From assembly GCA_964556325.1 (NCBI GenBank), contig CAZKVS010000006.1, positions 1 to 56,876 on the forward strand: a stretch of DNA of 56,876 nt, in the 5' to 3' direction. Positions within the stretch are counted from its first letter, which is position 1. Each line of letters starts with the position of its first letter. Source of the stretch: an uncultured Candidatus Saccharibacteria bacterium (GTDB lineage Bacteria > Patescibacteriota > Doudnabacteria > UBA920). The notes beneath the pieces are model-generated. The model saw nothing but the letters and a program-made list of their open reading frames with translations. It was not told the DNA's origin and searched no databases. Of this stretch, positions 1 to 9,291 are shown piece by piece. The position numbers and the translations under genes were made by a program.

Positions 1-2
1 TG

Positions 3-11
3 TGATATACT
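3..11 (+). promoter_or_regulatory. extended -10 promoter box TGaTATACT (recurring TGnTATACTAAAT motif)
   Basis: tgTGaTATACTaaata lies 27 nt upstream of ATG 39. The same box recurs at 7960-7968 and 47369-47377. Confidence 0.4.
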
Positions 12-38
12 AAATACAAAGCTATTTTTTAAACTCAC

Positions 39-512
39 ATGCCTGAAATACAAACTTCATCTAAAGCAAAACCGCTGCTGGCCTTGGTAGTGGTTTTAGT
101 GCTTGCCTTTGTGGCGCTGTACGCCTTTTTTCCTAAGTTCCGCGCAAGCCTGCCATTTTCTAAGCAAGGTGCCGAGCCAACGCAAACAGTAGTTCCTACG
201 GCTGAGCTGCCTAAAAATTTTCCTGCTAACTTGCCCTTAGCGAAGGCGTCAGTTGTGTTACATAACTTTGAAACGACGAACGATAAAGGTGCAACGCAGT
301 CTGTCCGAAAGTGGGAAAGTATAGAGACGCCAGATCATGTAAAAGCAACTTACGCAGAGTTCTTTGCGAAAAATGGTTGGGAAATAGTCACGCAGGTAGA
401 CCAGCCAACACTACACATTTTAGCCGCCCGACATGATAGAGAATTTATTTCGGTCTCTATTCACCCTGCTCCTACGGGCGCGGGTTCTTTAATTGAAGTG
501 ACTGTTAAATAG
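39..512 (+). CDS. hypothetical membrane-anchored protein (N-terminal TM helix)
   Basis: 157-aa ORF with a hydrophobic N-terminal segment (PLLALVVVLVLAFVALYAFF) followed by a soluble domain. No motif recognised. Confidence 0.6.
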   Translation: MPEIQTSSKAKPLLALVVVLVLAFVALYAFFPKFRASLPFSKQGAEPTQTVVPTAELPKNFPANLPLAKASVVLHNFETTNDKGATQSVRKWESIETPDHVKATYAEFFAKNGWEIVTQVDQPTLHILAARHDREFISVSIHPAPTGAGSLIEVTVK

Positions 513-543
513 GGGAGTGCAGATCTAAATTAGTTTTATATTT

Positions 544-3500
544 ATGGTACGTTTTTTAAATTTAAAACAATCGGCGAAAGTTGTTCAGTCTATTTTGGCC
601 AATGAAGGCTTCCGTCTGAGTTTGTTTGGGTTCGCATTATTGGCCCTATTCGTGCTGAGTGGGCAAAAACAAATTGCTATTGCGCAGGATTCAGGCTGTC
701 CACCGAGACATTCAATAACGGTAGATGGAACGTGGACAAGCCCCGACTTTGGTCCTTTTTGTAATTATGGAAGCGTTCAGTGTGAAGCAGGCTACCATTT
801 GTCGGGCTGTAGTGTGCCTACGCAGACCGGTCCAGGCACATGCTCAGTGAGCTGTGTGTGTACCGCTGATAATTACTCGTGTGGGGAGCCACCACCACCC
901 GGCCCAAACCCACCACCTCCACCACCAGATAATGAACCTCCACCACCACCGACTCCGATTGATCGAGTGCCAACGGGCAACTTTGAAGCGGCCTCGTGCG
1001 ACTCGTTTTCTGGCTGGGCTTTTGACCCTGATACTCCAAGTCAGTCTATAGCGGTGCATGTGTATAAAGATGGCCCTCCGGGTGTTTTTTCCGGCGGGTT
1101 TACTGCAAACATATCCAGGCCAGATGTGAACGCAGCTTTTGGCATAACCGGTAACCATGGGTTTGTTATAAGTCCTGTACCGGATCAGTTTAAGGACGGT
1201 TTACCGCATTCTGTCTATATATACGCCATTAACACGGACCCAAATGGTCAAAACGTGCTGATCGGCGGTTCTCCTAAGAGTATTCCTGCCTGTCCTACTC
1301 CTCCGGTATGTCCTCCGAGCAATGCATATTCTGTTGCCCTTGCTGATGCAGTTGTTCGAGCCGGACAAACAACTACTGCGTTTGCTCCGAGTGGTTGGGT
1401 GGGTGGAACTTTTAGTTCTTCCAATACAGGCGTGGCTACTGTAGCAACTTCTTTGAATAATGGTACGGGCTCAGTTCGAGGCATAAGTCCTGGACAAGCG
1501 GACATTAGTGGCGTCGGGTGGACGGCATCTAACGGTGCAACGGGGTGTGCTATAGGTCCTACGACTGTTACCGTTACTGCTGCAGTGACCGGTACGCTTT
1601 CGGCGACTGCGCCCAATATTTGTTCACCCGCTACCGCAGGGACTAGTACCGTAACTGCCAGCGCAAACACCTATGCCGAGGTACGGGTAGACAATGCAGA
1701 AGGACTTCCTAACAATACTTTCTTTTTTGCAGTCTCTGCATTTGAAACGAAGACTGTGCAAACTGGAGCTTGGGCCAAAGCCGGCACCGTGTTTCGGCTT
1801 GTCGCGCCGTTTGATAACAATGTTGAACTGACTTTAAAAGTGGTGGGCTCGACATCTAATTGTCCGGCAAATAACCCGACTGTGGATTTGAAGATAATAA
1901 ATCAAGACGGAACGCTTACCGATGGTCCGGTTACTATTCCAATTGGCACTGCTACGCGGTTGCAATGGGTAAGTCAGAACACTACGAGCTGTCGGGCAGT
2001 ATGGACTACAAGCACCGCTACTGCGGGCGCACAAGCTACGCAGCCTTTGTTTACTGCTACAACGTTTACTATTACTTGTACCGGGACCAACGGTCAGGAA
2101 GTAAGCGATAGCGTGACGGTAAACGTAAAGGACACGCCTGCAAGCGGGGTAGATATTTCTATTAGCAAGATTGCCGATAAAATCTGTGCGACTCGAACTG
2201 ACAGTGTGACCTTTACTATTACCGCAACCAATAATGGTCCCGATCAAGCCACCAATGTGGTGCTGGTGGATGCGTTTGATTCACCTCCATTCCAGTATTC
2301 CGAAGCAAACGTTTCTCAAGGTTTGTACGATAACACTCAAGGTGGAGCATGGAAAGTAGGCACGCTCAATGCGGGTGCAACTGCTACGTTGACCTTAGTT
2401 TTGAAACCCACGTTTGGTAATTTAGGCATGGCAAGCAATACCGTCAGTCTCCGCTCTGTAACCCAATCGGAGAATAATTCGAATAACAACCAAGCGCAGG
2501 CGTTTGTAGAAATAAAGAACTCTTGCACTATAAACCCGCCACCACCACCTCCGAATGATAAGTCTGTGGATATAAGTGTTACGACGGGCACAGATACAGA
2601 ATGTGTAACTCTCAACGGTGAAGTTGTGTATACTACTCGCGTTAAAAACCTGGGGCTTGATGCGGCAACGGCAGTAACGGTTGGTGTTATCAAGGCAGGA
2701 AATGGACTTACGTATAAGTCTGCCAATCCAAGTCAGGGTGCCTTTAGCTACGCAAATAGTTCTGGGGGGACGTGGACAGTGGGCGCTCTTGCGTCCGGTG
2801 CCGAAGCAACGCTCCAGTTTGTTGCGACCGGTACAAGTCTGGGGACTGCAGGCTTCACGTTTGCGGCGGGTTCTGTAGTGCCGACAGATGTGGACGTGAG
2901 TAACAATCAGGCAAGCAAGTCTATAAACATATCTCAAAATTGTGCCGGACCTGGAACTCCGAGTGGAGTTATTTCGGCAGATCCAAACCCTTGTCTTATT
3001 GCAGAAAATCAAAACACCTGTACGAGCAACGTCACCTGGAACACACAGAATGTAACCAAAGCTTTAGTGTTTGTGTCATTGAATGGCGGTCCAGAAAGTC
3101 TGTTCGGCAATAGCGTGAGTTGCGCAAATGCCGATTGTCCTGCCGGGTTTATTACGACTCAACCTGACTACTATGACTTTAACTTATACGATTATAGCTC
3201 CGGTAGTCGGGGTGTATTGCTCGATACAGTACGGGTGACCGGTAAACGTGCCGTAGTGCCGCCAACAGATAAACCTCCAGTGGGTAGTTTTGATGCTGTA
3301 AACTGTACCGCTATGAGCGGCTGGGCGTTTGATCCAGACTCACCAAGTGCGTCTATTCAAGTACATGTCTATCGCGACGGGGCTGCTGGTGCAGGCGGAA
3401 TACTTGTGGGTGGATATGCTACCACTGTGTTGCGTCAAGATGTGAACGATGCGTATCAGTTGACGGGTACCCACGGATTTAGCATTAGTCCTATACCTGC

Positions 3501-6036
3501 GGAACTTAAAGACGGGCAGAGTCATATGGTATATATCTATGCTATTAATACTAACTCTGCAGGCTCCAATCCATTGTTGTCTGGTTCGCCAAAGCCCGTA
3601 TCTTGTCCGCCGCCTGTGGCAGTGTGTCCGGATGTGGGGCAAAGCTACGTAGTGGCAGCGGATGCAGTTGTGGCCGTGGGGGATGCTACGCAAGTCTTTG
3701 CACCTAACGGTTGGTCGGCAGGGGATTTTGTATCAAGTAATACATCTATTGCTAAAATAACCAACCCACTCGCCACGAGTGCTACCGTGGCGGCGGTCAA
3801 AAAAGGTATTGTAAGTATTTTTGGAAGTGGCTGGACTGCTCCAAATGGTGCGACGAACTGCAGTCTCGGTCCGATTGATATAACCATTGTTACAAATCCA
3901 ACGGGTCAGTTGAGTGCCACACCGGCTACATATTGTGCCCCCGGCACAACTGGTGTGACGACCATTACAGCCACGGCCAATGTGTATATAGAAGTGCGCA
4001 TAGACGGCGCTGCGGGCCTACCTGACGACACACTACTCTTTACTGTGCCTGCTTTTGCTACCAGAGTTGTTACGACAGGCCCCTGGATAAAGCAAGGGAC
4101 AATCATTCGTCTCGTGGCAGTGCAGGATGGAAACGTGGAAGTGGCTCGTCAAGTTGTGCAGCTGACAGAAAAATGTCCGCCTCCTGGCAGCCCGACGGTG
4201 GATTTAAAAATAGAAAACCCTGATGGAACCACCACTGATGGTCCGGTGACCATTTTGGTTGGGACTTCTGTGCCTTTGGTCTGGACGAGTCAAAACACCA
4301 TTGAGTGTCACGCAGCGTGGACCTCTAGTTCGGCAGTGTCCGGACGGCAGCAGGTAGGGCCATTGCCCACGAGCACGGTATTTACCATTATGTGTACTAA
4401 CGCGGCAGGTGACCAGGTATCGGACAGTGTCATTGTAAATGTGAGGGATTTACCTGTTACAGGTGCGGATTTGTCGGTGAGCAAGGTGGCAAGCGCTTTG
4501 TGCGTAAATCCAGGTAAGCCTTTGAGTTTTAGCATTTTATTAACCAATAATGGTCCTGATAATGCCAACAACGCACTGGTCACAGAAAATTGGTCGGGAC
4601 TTGTAAGTTTTGCCAGTGCGTCTCCGTCGCAAGGTCAATTTAACAGTAGTACGCATGTGTGGACAGTTGGCGCCTTAAATGCCGGCCAGAGCGCTACGTT
4701 GAACATCGTGTTTACCGCGAACGCAACGGGTCCAGGCACAAATGTAGTTGCAGTCAATGTATCTGGCCAACAGGATGGAAATAGTGCAAACAATATTTCT
4801 TCGGTACCGTTTGTAGTGGTCAGTGATTGCGGTCCCACTAACCAACCGCCTACGGTAGATTTAAAGATTAATGGCACCGATGGGACAGTAACGGTGAATA
4901 ACGGCGATACCGCTACTTTGAGTTGGACGAGTGTAAACGCAACTGAGTGTCACGCTCAGGATGGTTGGACAAACAGTACTGCAACTTCCGGTTCCATTCA
5001 GAGTAACCCCGTAACTGCCAATAGAAGTTATGCTATTGTGTGTACTGGTCCCGGCGGTCAAGCGCAAGATATAGTGGCAGTGGCAGTTGCCGGTGGCCCC
5101 GGGGGCGGATCTCCTCCTGGCGGCGGTGGACCTGGGTCCGATATTTACAACACCTCTACTGGTGCGGCAAATGGACTGGTGGTTTCTTGTGGCAGACTAC
5201 TTGTTGCGTGGGACAAGCCGAGCACTGCGGTAGATGGGTTTAGATTGTATTACTTTAATGCTGACATTGGTAACTGGATTCGTTTTATGGAAGTTCCGCT
5301 TGGTTCAGCTGATGTGCTACCTGGTGGAAGGTATGGTTTAGAGTTTACCCCACCGGTGCAGCAAAAGTTGTTCCGATATCGAGTGTACAGCTATCTTGGC
5401 GCGCAAGAGTATGTACCAGGAGCAGATGCGGCTGGGTCACCTATTGCGGCAGATTATCCATGCGACTCAGATTTAAGTCCTTCAAACAAAGACATTATTA
5501 AAATCCGCGGGATTGTTATGGATAATAATCCATTGCAAGGCCAAGATCCGCGTCCCAATCGGCACCCGAATATTAGTGATGCAACTCCGTTAGTGGAAGG
5601 CGATAAGTTGGAGTTTGCGGTGAATCTGGTTAACGGCGGACAAAAAGAGATTACTACTCCTATTACTGTAGATGACGTGCTTATGAACTTAGTACCAGCA
5701 CGTCTTACTACAGTGCCACTGGACGGGTTCGATATTGCTCTATCGTGCCAGACTGCGGCGGTAAAGCAGTGTACTGCAGATATAAAGTATTATCCTTTGA
5801 ATAGCAGGCTGGCAATTATAGTAAAGCCAATCGCCGGTCAAGGTTTGGCTGCCTTGGGTAAAGAAGCCTGGATCATTACCTTCACTGCTAAGGCTCAGGC
5901 TGCACCTGAGTTACGGGGTAAGCCGTTTCGAGTACAGAATAAAGCCTATGTAAATGGTTTAACCACCGATTTGCTTATTACCCCTAAAATTTTGGTTCTG
6001 CCCATTGGCGCGCCAACAATTCAAGAAATACAATAG
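544..6036 (+). CDS. giant secreted surface protein with proline-rich linkers, an internal ~770-aa duplication, Ig/PKD-like modules and DUF11-like repeats
   Basis: 1830-aa ORF with an N-terminal hydrophobic segment (FGFALLALFVLSG) and a PPPPGPNPPPPPPDNEPPPPPTP linker. The block starting VPTGNFEAASCDSFSGWAFDPD (nt ~964) is repeated at PPVGSFDAVNCTAMSGWAFDPD (nt ~3275). There are three PTVDLKI modules (nt ~1876, ~4190, ~4850). NNGPD-type DUF11 signatures are present (ITATNNGPDQATNV, LLTNNGPDNANNA). The protein is rich in Cys. Confidence 0.85.
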   Translation: MVRFLNLKQSAKVVQSILANEGFRLSLFGFALLALFVLSGQKQIAIAQDSGCPPRHSITVDGTWTSPDFGPFCNYGSVQCEAGYHLSGCSVPTQTGPGTCSVSCVCTADNYSCGEPPPPGPNPPPPPPDNEPPPPPTPIDRVPTGNFEAASCDSFSGWAFDPDTPSQSIAVHVYKDGPPGVFSGGFTANISRPDVNAAFGITGNHGFVISPVPDQFKDGLPHSVYIYAINTDPNGQNVLIGGSPKSIPACPTPPVCPPSNAYSVALADAVVRAGQTTTAFAPSGWVGGTFSSSNTGVATVATSLNNGTGSVRGISPGQADISGVGWTASNGATGCAIGPTTVTVTAAVTGTLSATAPNICSPATAGTSTVTASANTYAEVRVDNAEGLPNNTFFFAVSAFETKTVQTGAWAKAGTVFRLVAPFDNNVELTLKVVGSTSNCPANNPTVDLKIINQDGTLTDGPVTIPIGTATRLQWVSQNTTSCRAVWTTSTATAGAQATQPLFTATTFTITCTGTNGQEVSDSVTVNVKDTPASGVDISISKIADKICATRTDSVTFTITATNNGPDQATNVVLVDAFDSPPFQYSEANVSQGLYDNTQGGAWKVGTLNAGATATLTLVLKPTFGNLGMASNTVSLRSVTQSENNSNNNQAQAFVEIKNSCTINPPPPPPNDKSVDISVTTGTDTECVTLNGEVVYTTRVKNLGLDAATAVTVGVIKAGNGLTYKSANPSQGAFSYANSSGGTWTVGALASGAEATLQFVATGTSLGTAGFTFAAGSVVPTDVDVSNNQASKSINISQNCAGPGTPSGVISADPNPCLIAENQNTCTSNVTWNTQNVTKALVFVSLNGGPESLFGNSVSCANADCPAGFITTQPDYYDFNLYDYSSGSRGVLLDTVRVTGKRAVVPPTDKPPVGSFDAVNCTAMSGWAFDPDSPSASIQVHVYRDGAAGAGGILVGGYATTVLRQDVNDAYQLTGTHGFSISPIPAELKDGQSHMVYIYAINTNSAGSNPLLSGSPKPVSCPPPVAVCPDVGQSYVVAADAVVAVGDATQVFAPNGWSAGDFVSSNTSIAKITNPLATSATVAAVKKGIVSIFGSGWTAPNGATNCSLGPIDITIVTNPTGQLSATPATYCAPGTTGVTTITATANVYIEVRIDGAAGLPDDTLLFTVPAFATRVVTTGPWIKQGTIIRLVAVQDGNVEVARQVVQLTEKCPPPGSPTVDLKIENPDGTTTDGPVTILVGTSVPLVWTSQNTIECHAAWTSSSAVSGRQQVGPLPTSTVFTIMCTNAAGDQVSDSVIVNVRDLPVTGADLSVSKVASALCVNPGKPLSFSILLTNNGPDNANNALVTENWSGLVSFASASPSQGQFNSSTHVWTVGALNAGQSATLNIVFTANATGPGTNVVAVNVSGQQDGNSANNISSVPFVVVSDCGPTNQPPTVDLKINGTDGTVTVNNGDTATLSWTSVNATECHAQDGWTNSTATSGSIQSNPVTANRSYAIVCTGPGGQAQDIVAVAVAGGPGGGSPPGGGGPGSDIYNTSTGAANGLVVSCGRLLVAWDKPSTAVDGFRLYYFNADIGNWIRFMEVPLGSADVLPGGRYGLEFTPPVQQKLFRYRVYSYLGAQEYVPGADAAGSPIAADYPCDSDLSPSNKDIIKIRGIVMDNNPLQGQDPRPNRHPNISDATPLVEGDKLEFAVNLVNGGQKEITTPITVDDVLMNLVPARLTTVPLDGFDIALSCQTAAVKQCTADIKYYPLNSRLAIIVKPIAGQGLAALGKEAWIITFTAKAQAAPELRGKPFRVQNKAYVNGLTTDLLITPKILVLPIGAPTIQEIQ

Positions 6037-6082
6037 TCAGTAGTATGCTGTAAGTAGTAGAGTTGTAAGTACATAATCAGGA

Positions 6083-6224
6083 ATATGCCCAGTAGAGCTT
6101 CTTTGCAAGTTTTCTTCTGGCTCGCGGTATTATTAAATAAATGCACAGGCTCACTTTTTTACTAGAAACTCATGAGTGTAAGTAAAAACTTGAGGCCAGA
6201 TGCAAAGAAGTCTTACTTGGTATG
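6083..6224 (+). promoter_or_regulatory. 5' clamp leader, copy 1: conserved 5' arm pairs with the start-codon region of the downstream gene; contains mini-ORF 6085-6165
   Basis: The 5' arm ATATGCCCAGTAGAGCTTCTTTGCA (6083-6107) pairs with TGCAAAGAAGTCTTACTTGGTATG (6201-6224). P2 is 10 bp perfect and P1 is 6 of 7 bp. A CATAAT -10-like box sits at 6072-6077, 7 nt before ATG 6085. Confidence 0.55.
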
Positions 6225-7064
6225 AGAATGCGTTTGATACATGAAGAAAAAGAAGTTGAAGAGCCAGTTGTAGACTCTGAGCTCGGTATAGTTGAGGTAA
6301 GTAACGCCGAACTACTTGCCAGCAACAAGCGCTTGGTTCGAGTGGCGTACTATTCTGCTACTGTGTCGGTTTTGGTGATGATTGCTTTTGTGTGGTTGAG
6401 TAACTACGACTCCCTTGCGTTGGATAGAAGAATGAGTCTCATGCAGGCAGAAGCAACCCGCCAGGTAGATGCTCGCTTGGCCACGCTCTCTGCGGGTGCC
6501 GTGAATCCCAAGCCTCAGCCCAAATATGCTGATATACAAGTGCCGTCAAACGCTCCTCGTTTGGGCGACGCGAATGCCAAAGTAACTATAGTCGAGTTTG
6601 CGGATTTTCAGTGTCCGTACTGCGGTAAGTTTCAGCAAGAGGTATACCCGTTTATTAAACAAGAGTATGTGGACACAGGTAAGGCTTCATTTGTCTATTT
6701 AGATTTTACCTTTTTGGGTGAGGAATCTGAGTCTGCCGCCCAAGCAGCAAAGTGTGCAGGTGAACAAGGAAAGTTTTGGGAGTTCCACGATAAGTTACTT
6801 GAGAGTCAAAAAGGAGAAAATCAGAATGCTTTTGTGGTCTCTAAATTGAAAGGGTTTGCTCGGGGCATTGTGCCTAATACCTTTGTTTTTAACCAATGTC
6901 TGGATTCCAAAAAATATACTCAAGCTGTAGCCGATGAGACAGCGTTAGGCCGTGCGGCGGGCATAGTGGCAACCCCAACTGTCTTAGTAAATGGGAAGCT
7001 AGTGGTAGGGGCGTTGCCGTATGCTGCGTTTAAGCAAGAGATTGAGGCTGCGCTGGCGAAGTAA
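6222..7064 (+). CDS. DsbA-family thiol:disulfide oxidoreductase, membrane-anchored
   Basis: 280 aa with a TM segment (VSVLVMIAFVWLSNY) and a thioredoxin-fold active site (FADFQCPYCGKF, CxxC). The C-terminal part is DsbA-like (GIVATPTVLVNGK). Confidence 0.85.
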   Translation: MRMRLIHEEKEVEEPVVDSELGIVEVSNAELLASNKRLVRVAYYSATVSVLVMIAFVWLSNYDSLALDRRMSLMQAEATRQVDARLATLSAGAVNPKPQPKYADIQVPSNAPRLGDANAKVTIVEFADFQCPYCGKFQQEVYPFIKQEYVDTGKASFVYLDFTFLGEESESAAQAAKCAGEQGKFWEFHDKLLESQKGENQNAFVVSKLKGFARGIVPNTFVFNQCLDSKKYTQAVADETALGRAAGIVATPTVLVNGKLVVGALPYAAFKQEIEAALAK

Positions 7065-7180
7065 TAGTAGAGACTTATCGATATCGGGAGATTTGTGGAG
7101 ACTCGGCGGATAGTGGAATATATTTATTTGCGTCAGTCTCAACCGGTTTCAATGAGTATCTATAAGTATCCAGAGTATTT

Positions 7181-7927
7181 ATGCTTCACGTAAGTTTTTT
7201 TGCGGCTTTTATAGCAGGAATGCTGAGCGTGCTTCCTGCATGTGGGCCGGCACTTTTGCCGGCCTTTTTTGCCTATTCATTTACCCAACCTCGGCGACTA
7301 GTATTGGCGACTGTATTGTTTGCTTTGAGCTTTGGCTTAGTATTTATTCCGTTTGGTTTAGGGGTCGCATGGTTGGCCCAGCTTTTGAGTGCTGAACATG
7401 TTGCCTTAACTCGAATGGTGGGAGTGGTGCTTATAGTTTTTGCGTTTGGTTCTTTGGCGGGGTGGGCTATTCCGCATAGGGAACCTGCGCAGAAAGTTCA
7501 GAAAACAGCCGGTGTATGGCGCGCGGTGGTACTTGGGTTAACCTTTGGGTTTACGGCAAGTAGCTGTATTGCGCCGGTATTGGGTGCCATTATTACTGCC
7601 TCAGTTGGAGAGGGGAATCCGGCGAGTGCGTTTGTACTTCTCGCGTGGTTTGTGGCAGGTATGTTTACTCCATTGCTGGTGCTATCGTATCTTATACAGC
7701 GATATGGTCAGAAGAGGTTGCAAAAATTGTTCCGATGGGGCTTCGAAGTAACTATTGGAAGGAAGATATACAGGTTGTATTGGGCACAAGTCTGCGCTGC
7801 TTTGCTTTTCGGAGGACTAGGCCTCTTGTATGTATTAAATATACCTACTACCTGGTTGGGAGGGTTGACCTCGGGTGGGTTGCAGGATTGGTTTTTTAGG
7901 ATGAACCAGCGATTACTTGGGTACTAG
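7181..7927 (+). CDS. ccdA: cytochrome c biogenesis/DsbD-family transmembrane electron transporter (CcdA-like)
   Basis: 248 aa, polytopic. It has the CcdA-type motifs LSVLPACGPALLPAFF and FGFTASSCIAPVLGAI, with two conserved Cys in TM helices. It is adjacent to the DsbA-like gene. Confidence 0.8.
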   Translation: MLHVSFFAAFIAGMLSVLPACGPALLPAFFAYSFTQPRRLVLATVLFALSFGLVFIPFGLGVAWLAQLLSAEHVALTRMVGVVLIVFAFGSLAGWAIPHREPAQKVQKTAGVWRAVVLGLTFGFTASSCIAPVLGAIITASVGEGNPASAFVLLAWFVAGMFTPLLVLSYLIQRYGQKRLQKLFRWGFEVTIGRKIYRLYWAQVCAALLFGGLGLLYVLNIPTTWLGGLTSGGLQDWFFRMNQRLLGY

Positions 7928-7959
7928 TGGGGCTTCGAGTCGGAAATTGATGTGCGGGA

Positions 7960-7968
7960 TGGTATACT
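7960..7968 (+). promoter_or_regulatory. extended -10 promoter TGgTATACT
   Basis: aTGgTATACTaaatat is followed directly by ATG 7975, 6 nt after the -10. This implies a leaderless transcript start at the clamp mini-ORF. Confidence 0.45.
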
Positions 7969-7972
7969 AAAT

Positions 7973-8111
7973 ATATGCCCGGTAGAGCTTCCTTGTAAGT
8001 TTTTTCTGGCATAACTATTTTTTCCATAAACGTACGGGTCTGATTTCATTGCATAATTTTTTGCTGCAAATGAAACTCGGGGCCTGTTACAAGGAAGTCT
8101 TACCGGGTATG
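7973..8111 (+). promoter_or_regulatory. 5' clamp leader, copy 2: contains 7-codon mini-ORF 7975-7998 (MPGRASL)
   Basis: CCCGGTA (7978-7984) pairs with TACCGGG (8101-8107). CTTCCTTGTAA (7988-7998) pairs with TTACAAGGAAG (8087-8097). G7977/T8108, T7976-A8109 and A7975-T8110 extend the helix through ATG 8109. Confidence 0.6.
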
Positions 8112-8621
8112 AACATGCTCCGTATGTTGTTGGCAGTTGTTCTGCTGAGCGCAGTACTGCCTACGCTTGTTTTTGCACACCCCAACGGTACTTCCTGGGA
8201 GCAGGTTTTTAACCAGTATAAAGTGGATGTAGGATATGACCCGTCGAGTTTTGTAGTAGGCCAGCCGGTGCGTTTGGATTTTAACGTTACGAGGGAGCAA
8301 GGTGGTCAGGATGTAGACTTTGCAGACGTATGGGTGCGAGTGATCCAAGGCGGGACTACTGTATTTGCTACAGGTGTCCATAAACCATCTATTGGTCGTG
8401 CGGGCATGACCTTTACCTTTCCGGCAGCAGGTGCGTATTCTTTAGATGTTCGGTTTGAAAAAGCAGGGGAGTCTATAGTGGATGCAACTTTTCCTATGAC
8501 TGTAAACCCGTTAGCGGTTCCAAAAAAGTCTGTTCAGCCGCTCGTGGTGCTCGCGTGGGCTGGGTGGCCAGTCGCCTTTGTTCTAAGTTTTTATTTTATA
8601 TATAAAAGAAAATCTAAATAG
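8109..8621 (+). CDS. secreted Ig-like domain protein with a C-terminal TM anchor (hypothetical)
   Basis: The start is placed at ATG 8109 by analogy with the other clamp copies; the track ORF starts at a TTG at 8049. The signal peptide MNMLRMLLAVVLLSAVLPTLVFA is followed by HPNG. The C-terminal TM segment is LVVLAWAGWPVAFVLSFYFIY followed by KRKSK. Confidence 0.6.
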   Translation: MNMLRMLLAVVLLSAVLPTLVFAHPNGTSWEQVFNQYKVDVGYDPSSFVVGQPVRLDFNVTREQGGQDVDFADVWVRVIQGGTTVFATGVHKPSIGRAGMTFTFPAAGAYSLDVRFEKAGESIVDATFPMTVNPLAVPKKSVQPLVVLAWAGWPVAFVLSFYFIYKRKSK

Positions 8622-8630
8622 TCTACACGT

Positions 8631-9167
8631 ATGGATAAAAAATATATTGTTGGTTTAGTGTTTGCTGTAGTCTTGCTGGGCTCTGCGGGGGCCGTTGCAG
8701 TGCGCGTGGTGCTACATGGAAGGTCGTCCGTGCCAGTAAAAGGTTTAACGAGCAGCGCTTCTGGGCCGACTTCGAATAATGAACCTAAAACGACTCCAGC
8801 CGTAGAGCAACCGCTCGGAGACTTTGTATTGCCGGTAGAGAAGACTGTTGCTTCGGTGAGTTTGGCAGACGTGCCCAAAGCTATAACTAGCTTGCTCGGA
8901 GACACGAAGGATGCGCGGGCATATAGTGTAGAGTATGCCAATGGTAGTAAAGGGTACCGTGTAGAACGGGACATTGCACAAAGTCTGACTCAAGTTTCGA
9001 GTCGGTGGCAAACTGCTATCCAAACCGCGGATATTTCTGCGCGGAGTAAGGTGTCTGAGGATCAGGCGTTGTATCAAACTCAAAGTGGCGGATATAAAAT
9101 ATTGGTCACTCTTTCCCGCTTAACTACTACTGCCACCGGTCAGTCCGTTGCTGCAATTCCACAATAA
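8631..9167 (+). CDS. hypothetical membrane-anchored protein
   Basis: 178-aa ORF with an N-terminal TM helix (IVGLVFAVVLLGSAGAVAV). No motif recognised. Confidence 0.55.
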   Translation: MDKKYIVGLVFAVVLLGSAGAVAVRVVLHGRSSVPVKGLTSSASGPTSNNEPKTTPAVEQPLGDFVLPVEKTVASVSLADVPKAITSLLGDTKDARAYSVEYANGSKGYRVERDIAQSLTQVSSRWQTAIQTADISARSKVSEDQALYQTQSGGYKILVTLSRLTTTATGQSVAAIPQ

Positions 9168-9256
9168 ACGTTCCACAATTTGATGGGCATCTCCCCGGAG
9201 ATATCTATCAAGTTCGTTGCAAATTACCTCTTAAATAAAAGAGTTTATTGAATATA

Positions 9257-9285
9257 TTGACATTTATACAAGTATATACTATAGT
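9257..9285 (+). promoter_or_regulatory. near-consensus sigma70 promoter TTGACA-17-TATAGT
   Basis: TTGACA at 9257-9262, a 17-nt spacer, and TATAGT at 9280-9285. This lies ~390 nt upstream of ORF 9678. Confidence 0.55.
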
Positions 9286-9291
9286 ATAGGG

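Noticed and set aside
818-5243. About 14 ORFs of 65-196 aa, overlapping or antisense within the giant gene 544-6036.
   Set aside because: All are nested in a long ORF with clear domain repeats. Their translations are low-complexity (Arg/Trp/His- or Thr/Val/Ala-rich), as expected from antisense reading of a moderately GC-rich gene.
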